Shown: positions 17,300 to 26,533, counted from the first letter of the stretch. The stretch is DNA of 43,972 nucleotides from Betaproteobacteria bacterium (GCA_009693345.1 SHXL01000001.1:1-43972), one strand, 5' to 3'. Made by a program: numbers and translations. Notes: generated by a model not told the origin, from the letters alone.

Positions 17300-18271
17300 C
17301 TAGTCGAATTTCGCGCCGGATTCCTTGACTACCTTGGCCCACTTCGCCTGCTCGGCCTGCATCCAGTTGCCGAGAAACTCGGGCGTGCCGGTGCGCACTT
17401 CCGTGCCCTGCTTGGCGAAACGCTCCTTCATGTCGGCCGTGTTCAGCACCTTTATCAGTTCGCCATTGAGCTTTGCCACGATCTCGCGCGGCGTGCCGGC
17501 GGCGCCCACGACCCCCTGGAAGGAGCCGGTCTCGAATCCTGGTAGTCCCTGCTCGGCGACGGTGGGCATGTCTTTGGCCGACGGCACGCGCTGCGCGCTC
17601 GAGATCGCCAGCGCCTTCAGTCTGCCGCCGGTGACCGAAGGCCAGGTGGCGAGCATGCCATTGAACAGCACGTGCGCCTGGCCGGCCACCACGGCGGTCA
17701 CCGCGTCCGAGCCCCCCTTGTAGGGGATATAGGTCCATTCGACCCCGGTGCGTTGCGCGAACTCGATGCCGGCCAACTGCGGCGCGCCGCCGATGCCCGA
17801 GATGGCGAAATTGAGCTTGCCCGGATGCGCTTTTGCCATCGCGATCAGCTCCTTGATGTCCTTCACCTGCACGTCCGGATGGACCGCGAGCACATGCGGC
17901 GAATACGAAACCATCACCACCGGTGAGAAGTCCTTCGACGGGTTGAACGGCAGCTTCGGGTAGACGCTCCCGCTGATCACGAGGCCGCCGAGGTCGGTCA
18001 GCAGCAGCGTGTAGCCATCGGGCGCGCTCTTGGCGACGAACTCGGCGCCGACATTGCCGTTGGCGCCCGCGCGGTTTTCGACGACGATGGGTTGGCCCCA
18101 GGCCTCGGTGAGTTTCGGGCCGATCTGGCGCGCGAGGATGTCCGAGGTGCCGCCGGCCGCGTAAGGCACGACGATGCGAATCGGCTTGCTCGGATAGTTC
18201 TGCGCAGTTGCGGCTGAAGCAGCCACCAGGCAGAACGTCGAAACCGCGAACTTTCGGAGAAGTGTTTTCAT
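17300..18271 (-). CDS. Bug-family (TctC-like) substrate-binding protein
   Basis: This is the C-terminal 323 aa of ORF 17300..18487, starting at ATG 18271. Signal peptide MKTLLRKFAVSTFCLVAASAATA, then YPSKPIRIVVPYAAGGTSD. Confidence 0.9.
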   Translation of the reverse strand: MKTLLRKFAVSTFCLVAASAATAQNYPSKPIRIVVPYAAGGTSDILARQIGPKLTEAWGQPIVVENRAGANGNVGAEFVAKSAPDGYTLLLTDLGGLVISGSVYPKLPFNPSKDFSPVVMVSYSPHVLAVHPDVQVKDIKELIAMAKAHPGKLNFAISGIGGAPQLAGIEFAQRTGVEWTYIPYKGGSDAVTAVVAGQAHVLFNGMLATWPSVTGGRLKALAISSAQRVPSAKDMPTVAEQGLPGFETGSFQGVVGAAGTPREIVAKLNGELIKVLNTADMKERFAKQGTEVRTGTPEFLGNWMQAEQAKWAKVVKESGAKFD

Positions 18272-18341
18272 GGCTGGGCATTGTAGACTTGGAACTTCAG
18301 TCGAGAAACCCTTGGAGAGCAAATAGTGAACCGGATGGTTA

Positions 18342-19412
18342 ATGGCCACATATAGAAAAGACTCCCTGATCAAGGCCGTCGAGGCAATTGTCCTCGCCGG
18401 CGGCAGCAACGCGCGCGAAGCGAAGATCGTCGCCGAAAACCTCGTCACCGCGAACCTGACCGGGCACGATTCGCACGGCGTGGGCATGATCCCGCGCTAC
18501 ATCGATTCGCTGCTCGAGGGCGGTCTGGTCGTGAACCAGCATCCGAAGATCATGTTCGACGGCGGCGCCATGATTTCGCTCGACGGCCAGGCGGGCTACG
18601 GCCAGGTGATCGGCCTGGAGGCGATGGATATCGGCATTGCGCGCGCGCAGCAGCATGGCATGTGCGTGATGGGCCTGGGCCGCGCGCACCACCTGTGCCG
18701 AATCGGCCAGTGGGCCGAGCAGGCGGTGGCGGCGGGCCTGATCTCGCTGCATTTCACCAACGTGATCTCGCGCTCCATCGTCGCGCCGTTCGGCGGCGCG
18801 GACGCGCGCTTCGGCACCAACCCGATGACGGTGGGCATCCCGATCCCGAATGAGCCGCCGTTCATCCTCGACATGGCCACCAGCGCCGTGGCGCAGGGCA
18901 AGATCCGCGTCGCGCACAATAAGCGCGAGAAAGTGTCGCCCGACTGGCTGATCGACAACTACGGCAAGCCCACGCCGGATCCGGCTTTCGGCGTGATCGA
19001 GCCCTTCGGCGCGCTGCGCACCTTCGGCCTGCACAAGGGCTATGGCCTCGCCGTGGTCTGCGAGCTGCTCGGCGGCGCGCTCACCGGCGGAGGCACCTGG
19101 CATTCGGATGACCGGTCCAAAAAGCGCGTGTGGAACGGCATGCTCACCATCCTCATCGGCCCCAAGCGCATGGGCACCGCGGATGCGTTCGGCACCGAAA
19201 CCACCGCCTTCCTCGAATCGCTGCGCCGGTCACCTGTCGCGCCGGGCTTCGACAAGGTGCGTATCGCGGGCGAGCCGGAAAGGGAAACCCGCGCGAAACG
19301 GGAGCGGGACGGCATTTCGGTGGACGACAATACCTGGAACGAAATCGTCGCCGCGGGGGCGAAGTTGAAGGTCGAGCGCTCGACGCTGGAGAAACTGGTG
19401 AAGGGCGGCTAG
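18342..19412 (+). CDS. Ldh_2-family (malate/L-lactate/ureidoglycolate dehydrogenase type 2) oxidoreductase
   Basis: ORF 18342..19412. The pattern ...LTGHDSHGVGMIPRYI...GQAGYGQV...HHLCRIGQWAE...TNPM...DMATSAVAQGKI... matches the Ldh_2 family. It is divergent from the Bug/aldolase operon. Confidence 0.88.
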   Translation: MATYRKDSLIKAVEAIVLAGGSNAREAKIVAENLVTANLTGHDSHGVGMIPRYIDSLLEGGLVVNQHPKIMFDGGAMISLDGQAGYGQVIGLEAMDIGIARAQQHGMCVMGLGRAHHLCRIGQWAEQAVAAGLISLHFTNVISRSIVAPFGGADARFGTNPMTVGIPIPNEPPFILDMATSAVAQGKIRVAHNKREKVSPDWLIDNYGKPTPDPAFGVIEPFGALRTFGLHKGYGLAVVCELLGGALTGGGTWHSDDRSKKRVWNGMLTILIGPKRMGTADAFGTETTAFLESLRRSPVAPGFDKVRIAGEPERETRAKRERDGISVDDNTWNEIVAAGAKLKVERSTLEKLVKGG

Positions 19413-19482
19413 CGGTTCTCGTCCAGCCAATGGCGAACGCGCCCGGTGTTTGAATGAATCGCGGCGCCGGAACGCGCGTCAC

Positions 19483-19758
19483 TCAATGCGATGGCGGGCG
19501 CTGCAGCTTTTCCTGAAGCCAGACCTTGATCAGCGATTGATAAGGCACGTCGCGGGAGTTCGCGGCGGCCTTGATACCTTCAAGCAGGTGGACTGGCAGG
19601 CGCAGGGAAATTGTCCGGGTCGATGGTTTCAAATTTGGAAACACCGCGCGCACCGACTTGGCGGCATCAAAATATTCCGTCGTATCGTGCGTCTGCCAGA
19701 ACCTGCGTTCCGCGGCTTCAGATTTGAATGCCGGTACGCGCTTAAGCTTCTTGCTCAT
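19483..19758 (-). CDS. brnA: BrnA/CopG-type antitoxin (partner of BrnT)
   Basis: This is the C-terminal 91 aa of ORF 19483..19788, starting at ATG 19758 (MSKKLKRVPAFKSEAAERRFWQTHDTTEYFD...ISLRLPVHLLEGIKAAANSRDVPYQSLIKVWLQEKL). It has the characteristic RHH-type C-terminus. It overlaps the brnT 3' end by 17 nt. Confidence 0.85.
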   Translation of the reverse strand: MSKKLKRVPAFKSEAAERRFWQTHDTTEYFDAAKSVRAVFPNLKPSTRTISLRLPVHLLEGIKAAANSRDVPYQSLIKVWLQEKLQRPPSH

Positions 19759-20044
19759 AGACCGTCCTTTCCTTCCGGTGCATATCACGCGCTGAAATCA
19801 CCCGAATCCGGGAATTGTCGGCGCGCAAAGTAAAAATGACCGCCAGCTTTCGTTCCAGCAGCGTCTGCCCAAGCGCCCGGTAGCGCGATTCCGTTCTGGA
19901 ATGCTGCTCATCGGGCGTGACAACGAGGGGTGCGACAAAGAACATCTGCTCCGCTTCCAACATCGTGACGCCGTGCTTGTCGTTCTTAAGCGTATTGCCG
20001 CGATCCCAATCGAAACCGGTGATACGTGCAAAGTCAATCACCAA
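19742..20044 (-). CDS. brnT: BrnT-family (DUF497) ribonuclease toxin
   Basis: ORF 19742..20044. The pattern FDWDRGNTLKNDKHGVTMLEAEQMF...RYRALGQT...IRVISARDMHRKERTVY matches the BrnT signature. Start is TTG 20044 or GTG 20041. The toxin lies upstream of the antitoxin, as in BrnTA modules. Confidence 0.85.
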   Translation of the reverse strand: MVIDFARITGFDWDRGNTLKNDKHGVTMLEAEQMFFVAPLVVTPDEQHSRTESRYRALGQTLLERKLAVIFTLRADNSRIRVISARDMHRKERTVYEQEA

Positions 20045-20065
20045 TGTATATTATCATGATATACA
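20045..20065. promoter_or_regulatory. 21-bp near-perfect palindrome abutting the brnT start (candidate BrnTA operator/promoter)
   Basis: TGTATATTATCATGATATACA: 9 of 10 arm positions pair. On the brnT strand it contains GATAAT/TAATAT -10-like hexamers ending 3-5 nt before the TTG/GTG start. Confidence 0.35.
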
Positions 20066-20095
20066 CGAAACACAGAAGGTCGGGCGGGCGGCCGA

Positions 20096-21091
20096 ATGAT
20101 GACGCGTAGACAATTGCTGGTGGCGATTGGCGCAGCGTGGCTTGCGGCGCCATTTCGCTCGTTGGCCCAACAGCCGGGCAAAATCTGGCGTGTGGGTTTC
20201 CTGGCACCGCTTGCACGCCCGGCTTCCATTGATAGCCACTGGTTTGGCGGATTCGTGCAGGGAATGCGCGAGCTGGGCTACGTCGAGGGCAGGAACCTGA
20301 TCATCGAGTGGCGGTTTGCCGAAAACAAGCCCGAACGTCTTCCGGGGTTGGCGGCGGAACTGGTGCAATTGAATCTGGATGTGCTGGTGGGGGTGGCGGT
20401 GGAATCGGCCCAGGCATTCCAGAAACTCACCGCCACGATGCCGATCGTCTCGGCGAGCGGCGGTGATCCGGTCGCCGCTGGTTTGGTCCAAAGCCTGGCG
20501 CGACCCGGGGGCAACATTACGGGGCTCACGACCATTACGGGAGACCTCGTTGCCAAGCGCCTCGAAATGCTGCTCGCCATGGTGCCGAAACTGTCGCGCG
20601 TGGCTGTCCTCATCCGAGATCGCGCCAGTGCGGCCGGCAGCAGGAATCTGGCAAGCGTGCAGGCCGCGGGAAAGCAGCGCGGCGCGACGATACTGCCGGT
20701 ACAAGCGCATACGCCGCAGGAAATTGACGCTGCATTTGCCTCGATGTGCCAGCAGAAAGCCGGTGCGTTACTCGTCTTTCTGAATCCATTTTTCGAGGAA
20801 CGGCGAAGTCAGATTGCAGAATTGACCGCCAAGTACCCGCTGCCAAGCATGACTGCCGACCGGATGTACGTGGAGGCCGGCTGCCTCATGAGCTACGGGG
20901 CCAGTCTCACCGACATGTACCTGCGCTGCGCGACGTATGTGGACAGGATATTCAAGGGCGCCAAACCCGCCGACCTGCCGGTCGAGCAACCGACGAAGTT
21001 CGAACTGGTGATCAATCGCAAGACTGCCAAGGCGCTCGGGCTCACGATCCCGCAATCGCTCCTGATTAGCGCCGATCGGGTGCTCGACTAA
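20096..21091 (+). CDS. Orphan ABC-transporter substrate-binding protein (PF04392-like ABC_sub_bind family)
   Basis: ORF 20096..21091. Tat-like signal MMTRRQLLVAIGAAWLAAPFRSLA. Family pattern: KIWRVGFL...GYVEGRNLIIEWRFAENKPERLPGLAAELV...PADLPVEQPTKFELVINRKTAKALGLTIPQSLLISADRV. No permease or ATPase gene is adjacent. Confidence 0.85.
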   Translation: MMTRRQLLVAIGAAWLAAPFRSLAQQPGKIWRVGFLAPLARPASIDSHWFGGFVQGMRELGYVEGRNLIIEWRFAENKPERLPGLAAELVQLNLDVLVGVAVESAQAFQKLTATMPIVSASGGDPVAAGLVQSLARPGGNITGLTTITGDLVAKRLEMLLAMVPKLSRVAVLIRDRASAAGSRNLASVQAAGKQRGATILPVQAHTPQEIDAAFASMCQQKAGALLVFLNPFFEERRSQIAELTAKYPLPSMTADRMYVEAGCLMSYGASLTDMYLRCATYVDRIFKGAKPADLPVEQPTKFELVINRKTAKALGLTIPQSLLISADRVLD

Positions 21092-21096
21092 ATTCG

Positions 21097-22824
21097 TCAG
21101 TGGATCTCCGGTTCGGCCGTCGGCGCGGTGCCTTCGAGGAAGTCGAAGTCGCAGCCTTCGTTGGCCTGCTTCACGTGGCGCGAGAAAATGGCGCCGTAGC
21201 TCCTCGCGTATTTGAGGGGAGGGCGCTGCCAGGATTTTTTTCTTTTTTCGAATTCTTCTGAAGAAATCTTGAGATTCACGACCTTCTTTTCGACATCCAA
21301 TTCAATCAAATCACCATTCTGAACGAAGGCGAGCGGGCCACCGACATAGGCTTCGGGCGCAACGTGCAGGATGCAGGTGCCGTAGCTGGTGCCGCTCATG
21401 CGGCCGTCCGAGATGCGCACCATGTCCTTGACGCCCTGCTTGATGAGTTTCTTCGGCATCGGCAGCATGCCCCACTCGGGGAAGCCCGGGCCGCCGAGCG
21501 GCCCCGACATTTTCAGCACGAGCACGGAGTTCGCATCGACCTCGAGGTCGTCGCGGTCGATCCTCGCCGCCATGTCGTTGTAGTCCTCGAATACTACCGC
21601 CTTGCCGGTGTGCTTGAGCAGCTTCGGGTCGGAGGCGCTGGTCTTCAGCACCGCGCCGTCGGGAGCTAGCGAGCCGTGCAGCATGACGATGGCCCCGGAC
21701 TTCTTGAGCGGCTTGTCGCGCGGCAGGATGACGTCGGCATTCCAGACCTTGGCGCCTTCGATGTTCTCGCCGAGAGTGCGGCCGTTTACTGTTTTCGCAT
21801 TCAGGTCCAATAAGTCTTTTAAAGAAAACAAAAGAGCCCTGAGTCCGCCCGCGTAGAAGAAATCTTCCATCAGGTACTTGTCGCCCGAGGGACGCACGTT
21901 GGCGATCACCGGCACCTTCGCCGAGATCTCGTTGTAGCGCTCGAGCGGGAAGGCGAGGCCCGCGCGCCCGGCCATCGCGACGAGATGCACCACCGCGTTG
22001 GTCGAGCCGCCCGTCGCCATCAGCGTGGTGATCGCATTGTCGAAAGAACCGCGCGAAAGGAAGTCTCTCGGCTTCAGGTCCTCCCACACCATCTCGACGA
22101 TGCGCTTGCCGGTGAGCGTGGCCATGCGCGCGTGGTTCGAGTCCGGCGCCGGAATCGAGGAATAGCCGGGCAGGGTGAAACCGAGCGCTTCGGCGAGCGA
22201 CATCATGGTGGCCGCGGTGCCCATCGTCATGCAGGTGCCCGGCGAGCGCGCGATGGTGTCCTCGATGTCCTGCCAGTCGCGCTCGGTGATGCGGCCGGCG
22301 CGCAGTTCGTCCCAGTATTTCCACGTATCGGAACCGGATCCCAGCGTCTGGTCGCGCCAGTGGCTGTTGAGCATCGGGCCGGCGGGCAGGTAGATCGAAG
22401 GCAGGTTCATGCTGGTCGCGCCCATGATGAGCGCGGGCGTGGTCTTGTCGCAGCCGCCCATCAGCACGCAGCCATCCGCCGGATAGGAGCGCAGCAGCTC
22501 CTCGGTCTCCATGGCGAGGAAGTTGCGGTACATCATCGTCGTGGGCTTCTGCATGGTCTCGGCCAGCGCCATCGCCGGCATTTCCAGCGGAAAGCCGCCC
22601 GCCTGCCAGATGCCGCGCTTAACTTCCTCCACGCGCTGCTTGAAGTGGGTGTGGCAGTGGTTAATGTCCGACCAGGTGTTGATGATGGCGATGACGGGCT
22701 TGCCCAGGTAGTCGCTGCGGTCGTAGCCCATCTGCGCGGTGCGCGAGCGGTGGCCGAAAGAGCGCAGGTCCTTGACACCGAACCAGCGGTGCGAGCGCAG
22801 TTCTTCGGGCTTCTTTCTTTTCAC
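21097..22824 (-). CDS. IlvD/Edd-family dehydratase (sugar-acid/dihydroxy-acid dehydratase)
   Basis: This is the C-terminal 576 aa of ORF 21097..22941. GTG 22824 is preceded by GGGAGA. Pattern: ...LRSHRWFG...[12 protein letters not shown]...HCHTHF...GGCDKTTPA...[14 protein letters not shown]... Confidence 0.9.
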   Translation of the reverse strand: MKRKKPEELRSHRWFGVKDLRSFGHRSRTAQMGYDRSDYLGKPVIAIINTWSDINHCHTHFKQRVEEVKRGIWQAGGFPLEMPAMALAETMQKPTTMMYRNFLAMETEELLRSYPADGCVLMGGCDKTTPALIMGATSMNLPSIYLPAGPMLNSHWRDQTLGSGSDTWKYWDELRAGRITERDWQDIEDTIARSPGTCMTMGTAATMMSLAEALGFTLPGYSSIPAPDSNHARMATLTGKRIVEMVWEDLKPRDFLSRGSFDNAITTLMATGGSTNAVVHLVAMAGRAGLAFPLERYNEISAKVPVIANVRPSGDKYLMEDFFYAGGLRALLFSLKDLLDLNAKTVNGRTLGENIEGAKVWNADVILPRDKPLKKSGAIVMLHGSLAPDGAVLKTSASDPKLLKHTGKAVVFEDYNDMAARIDRDDLEVDANSVLVLKMSGPLGGPGFPEWGMLPMPKKLIKQGVKDMVRISDGRMSGTSYGTCILHVAPEAYVGGPLAFVQNGDLIELDVEKKVVNLKISSEEFEKRKKSWQRPPLKYARSYGAIFSRHVKQANEGCDFDFLEGTAPTAEPEIH

Positions 22825-22864
22825 GGTTTCTCCCGGTAGGAAGCGGAGATTGTAAACTTGCTGT

Positions 22865-23638
22865 ATGGCATTCGGCGGCGAGATCATCCTGCGGCCGCGC
22901 AGCTGGCGGCGGCTGCTGCGCTTCGCCAGTTTCGCCACCATCGCGGCGCTTTCTCCCTCTACCTACGGGCCGGCGGCGCGCGCCATCGCGGTGCGGCAGA
23001 TTTACCTTACCGCGTGGACGGTGCTGCCGGGCTACCTCGCGTTCTCGGCGCTCCTCAGCCTGGTGCTGATCGAAATCGTCCACAGCACGGCCCACGCCTA
23101 CGGCCTGTCCCAGCATGCGCTCGAACTGGTGCTGCGCGTGCTGGTGCTCGAGCTGATCCCGCTGCTCACGGCGCTGTTCGTCGCGCTGCGCTCCGGCGCC
23201 GCGATCGGGGCCGAAATCGCGCTGATGCGCGTCAGCGGCGAGCTGGAGGAGCACGCGGACGCCGGCGCCGGCCCGCTGCAGGGCGAACTCGTGCCGAGGA
23301 TCGCGGGCGCCGCCCTGTCGGTCTTTTCGCTCACCATCCTGAGCAGCGCGCTGGCGCTTTATCTCGCGTACGCGCTTTTTTACGGTACTTCATCCTCGGG
23401 ATTCGTCGTCTTCACGCGGGTCGTGGGCCACGTATTCGACATCCCGATCCTGGCCGGGCTCATGCTCAAGTGCCTGCTGTTCGGCTTGGCGGTCGCATTG
23501 ATCCCGCTCGCCACCGGCCTGGAGGCCGAGCGCGGCGAGGTCCGGACGGTGCCGGCCGCGGTGCTCGCGGGGCTGATGAAGCTGTTCCTCGTCATCGGCC
23601 TGATCGAAGTACTGTCTTTGATGATCAAATACGTCTGA
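22865..23638 (+). CDS. MlaE-family ABC transporter permease (divergent)
   Basis: ORF 22865..23638, 257 aa. It is multi-TM with the MlaE-like core [37 protein letters not shown]...[10 protein letters not shown]...[13 protein letters not shown]. Confidence 0.8.
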   Translation: MAFGGEIILRPRSWRRLLRFASFATIAALSPSTYGPAARAIAVRQIYLTAWTVLPGYLAFSALLSLVLIEIVHSTAHAYGLSQHALELVLRVLVLELIPLLTALFVALRSGAAIGAEIALMRVSGELEEHADAGAGPLQGELVPRIAGAALSVFSLTILSSALALYLAYALFYGTSSSGFVVFTRVVGHVFDIPILAGLMLKCLLFGLAVALIPLATGLEAERGEVRTVPAAVLAGLMKLFLVIGLIEVLSLMIKYV

Positions 23639-23640
23639 GC

Positions 23641-24639
23641 ATGGAACAGAAACCGCAAACCGGCGCATCCGAAAGCGGCCTGCCTTTCCTGCCGAAGAGT
23701 CTCGGCGTCAAGGTCGGGATGCTGCTCACCTTCACGATCATCCTCGCGGTGGCGCTGGTGGGCTACGTGCTCTACGCGCGCGGCGTTTTCGAGCAGTTCC
23801 AGCGCGTGACGCTGATTGCCGACAACGCCGAAGGCGTGAGCGCGGGCATGGACCTCACCTTCGCCGGGTTTCCGATCGGCCGCGTGCGCCGGCTGTCGCT
23901 CTCCGACGACGGCAAGGCGCGCATCCACATCCGCGTGCCCGTGAGCGAAGTACGATGGTTGCGCACCACCACCATCTTCACGCTCGAAGTACCGCTGGTG
24001 GGCGGGGCGAAGATCCGCGCTTTCACGGCGAACCTCGAGGATCCGCCCCTGCCCGACCGCGCTGAGCGTGCCGTGCTGCGCGGCGACGCCAACGCGGAGA
24101 TTCCGCTCATGGTCGCGACGCTGCGCTCGGTGCTCGAGAACATCGACCGGATGACCGACACCGGATCCAGCCTGCAAGAGAGCTTGAAGAATGTGCGCAC
24201 CGTCAGCGAGCGCATGGCGGGCAAGCAGGGCGTCCTCGGCGCCGCTCTCGGCAGCGAGGACAACGCGAAGGAGCTGCTGCAGACGATCGACCGCGCCAAT
24301 ACGCTGCTGGCGTCGCTGGGCGGCGTGTCGCTCAAGCTCGACTCGGTGCTTTCGAACACCGACCAGCGCCTGTACGGCGCGGGCGGCATCGCCGACGAGA
24401 CGCAGAAGGCGGTGGCGCAGGCGAACGCGATCCTCGGCGAGGTGCGAACCAGCCTGAAGCGCGTGGACGGCATCCTCGCCGATGCGCAGTCGGTGGCAAG
24501 TAACGTCAAAGCGGCCACCACCGACCTCACCGCGCTGCGCGCCGAAGTCGAGGCCAGCCTGCGCAAGGTGGCCTCGCTGATCGACGAGATCAACCGCAAG
24601 TGGCCGTTCGAGCGCGACACGAAAATCAAGCTGCCATGA
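23641..24639 (+). CDS. MlaD/MCE-family protein with long helical C-terminal extension
   Basis: This is the C-terminal 333 aa of ORF 22858..24639. ATG 23641 lies 2 nt after the mlaE-like stop. An N-terminal TM segment is followed by an MCE domain (VTLIADNAEGVSAGMDLTFAGFPIGRVRRLSLSDDGKARIHIRV). A further ~190 aa are Ala/Leu/Ser-rich and helical. Confidence 0.85.
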   Translation: MEQKPQTGASESGLPFLPKSLGVKVGMLLTFTIILAVALVGYVLYARGVFEQFQRVTLIADNAEGVSAGMDLTFAGFPIGRVRRLSLSDDGKARIHIRVPVSEVRWLRTTTIFTLEVPLVGGAKIRAFTANLEDPPLPDRAERAVLRGDANAEIPLMVATLRSVLENIDRMTDTGSSLQESLKNVRTVSERMAGKQGVLGAALGSEDNAKELLQTIDRANTLLASLGGVSLKLDSVLSNTDQRLYGAGGIADETQKAVAQANAILGEVRTSLKRVDGILADAQSVASNVKAATTDLTALRAEVEASLRKVASLIDEINRKWPFERDTKIKLP

Positions 24640-25232
24640 CGGCTCTGCTCCGGGTTGGGCTTTTGTTCCAGGTCATCTTGTTCTGGGGATGCTCGAGCGG
24701 TCCGGTTCCACCCGACTGGCAACTGAATTCCCACGACGCCTTGGGCGCTTTTCAGTCGTATTACCTGAAAGGCGATTCGCGCGTCGCGGAAATTGAACTC
24801 GAAAGAGCAAAATCGGAATTGCGAAGTACCGGTAACCCCGCGCTGGTCGCGCGAGCCGAGCTGGTGCGCTGCGCGGTGCGCGCGGCGAGCCTGGAGTTCG
24901 ATGCATGTCCCGGGTTCGAGAAACATCGGGCCGACGCGGGTCCCGAGGAACTCGCCTACGCCGAATATTTGGCTGGTCGATCGGATAAGGCGCCAGGCGA
25001 CGATGCGCTTTCGAAGCTTGTTTCGTCAGGGGTAAGACTGAACGGCGGAAAAATCACCCCTTCGGAGATTGCCGCAGCCATCGACGTCGCCTCCGCACAA
25101 GGCTGGCGCAGGCCGCTGCTGGTGTGGCTCGGGGTGCAGGGAAAGCGCGCCGAAACCGCGGGCGACCGCGAAGCGCTCGAGCGCATCCGGCGCCGGATCG
25201 AAATCGTGACGGGATCGACCGGGAGGAGGTAG
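24636..25232 (+). CDS. Hypothetical lipoprotein coupled to the MCE gene
   Basis: This is the C-terminal 198 aa of ORF 24600..25232. ATG 24636 overlaps the MCE stop (ATGA). Lipobox LFWGC. The rest is predicted helical; no family was recognised and it does not resemble PqiC/ABC_trans_aux as I recall it. Confidence 0.6.
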   Translation: MTALLRVGLLFQVILFWGCSSGPVPPDWQLNSHDALGAFQSYYLKGDSRVAEIELERAKSELRSTGNPALVARAELVRCAVRAASLEFDACPGFEKHRADAGPEELAYAEYLAGRSDKAPGDDALSKLVSSGVRLNGGKITPSEIAAAIDVASAQGWRRPLLVWLGVQGKRAETAGDREALERIRRRIEIVTGSTGRR

Positions 25233-25247
25233 CGCGCTGGTTCTGCG

Positions 25248-25880
25248 CTAGCGCAGATGCGCGCCGATCCAGGCCCGGATCGGCGCCCAGCGGTCGATCT
25301 CGGGCTCGGCGCGAGAACGCGGCAGGTCGAACAGGGGCGCGCCGGTCGCGGCGCACTGCACGTAGACCTGCGCCGCGCGCAGGTGCGCGATGACCGGGAG
25401 GTCGTACGCGGCGAGAAAATTTTCCAGCTCCAGCGCCGCCAGCGTGCGCGGATCGACACGGTTCGCGACCAGCGCCACGGGGCATTCGCCCTTGCGCACC
25501 GTCTTATACTCGGCGAGCGCTTCGAGGAAGACCACGGTGGCGTCCATGTCGAGCACCGAGGGTGCGAGCGGCACCACGATCAGATCCACTCGCTTCATCG
25601 CCCGGTCAAGCCGCTTGCCGTGCAGACCGGCTGGGGAGTCGTAGATGGCCCATTGCGGATCGAACGCCTCGACCTCGTCACGGTCGTCATCCGGTGTCCA
25701 GCCGGCGATTTTCGGAAAGCCCCTCGGCCGCCGTTCGAGCCAGCGCGCGGCAGAGTGCTGGCGATCGAGATCGACAAGCACGGTGCGCACGTCGCGCCCG
25801 GCGAGCAGCCCGGCGAGATTCGTCGCCAGTGTGGTTTTCCCGCTGCCGCCCTTCGCGTTCGCGACCAGCAGTCGCTTCAT
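25248..25880 (-). CDS. ParA/MinD-family P-loop ATPase (orphan)
   Basis: ORF 25248..25880, 210 aa. Deviant Walker A at the N-terminus (VANAKGGSGKTTLATNLA), then VLVDLDRQHS, and a Walker B-like DLIVVPL. It lies 6 nt downstream of scoB on the same strand. Confidence 0.85.
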   Translation of the reverse strand: MKRLLVANAKGGSGKTTLATNLAGLLAGRDVRTVLVDLDRQHSAARWLERRPRGFPKIAGWTPDDDRDEVEAFDPQWAIYDSPAGLHGKRLDRAMKRVDLIVVPLAPSVLDMDATVVFLEALAEYKTVRKGECPVALVANRVDPRTLAALELENFLAAYDLPVIAHLRAAQVYVQCAATGAPLFDLPRSRAEPEIDRWAPIRAWIGAHLR

Positions 25881-25886
25881 GAGAGC

Positions 25887-26533
<647 letters not shown>

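Noticed and set aside
15445-18281. Long alternative-frame ORFs (15445..16770 +, 16169..17545 +, 16632..18281 -) over the dehydrogenase/aldolase/Bug genes
   Set aside because: They are antisense or out of frame to genes with clear family motifs and proper SD-start pairs. Their translations are Arg/Ala/Gly-rich without motifs.
22858-23640. N-terminal 261 codons of ORF 22858..24639, and analogous long N-terminal extensions of ORFs 2721, 8728-10335, 11159, 12667-13776, 15580-16635, 17300-18487, 21097-22941, 25887-27002, 26534-27319, 31926, 33817, 36568
   Set aside because: The extensions overlap the preceding gene in another frame and are Arg/Pro/Ala/Gly-rich. Conserved protein sequence begins at internal starts that have SD motifs or 4-nt stop/start overlaps. 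The feature coordinates were trimmed accordingly.
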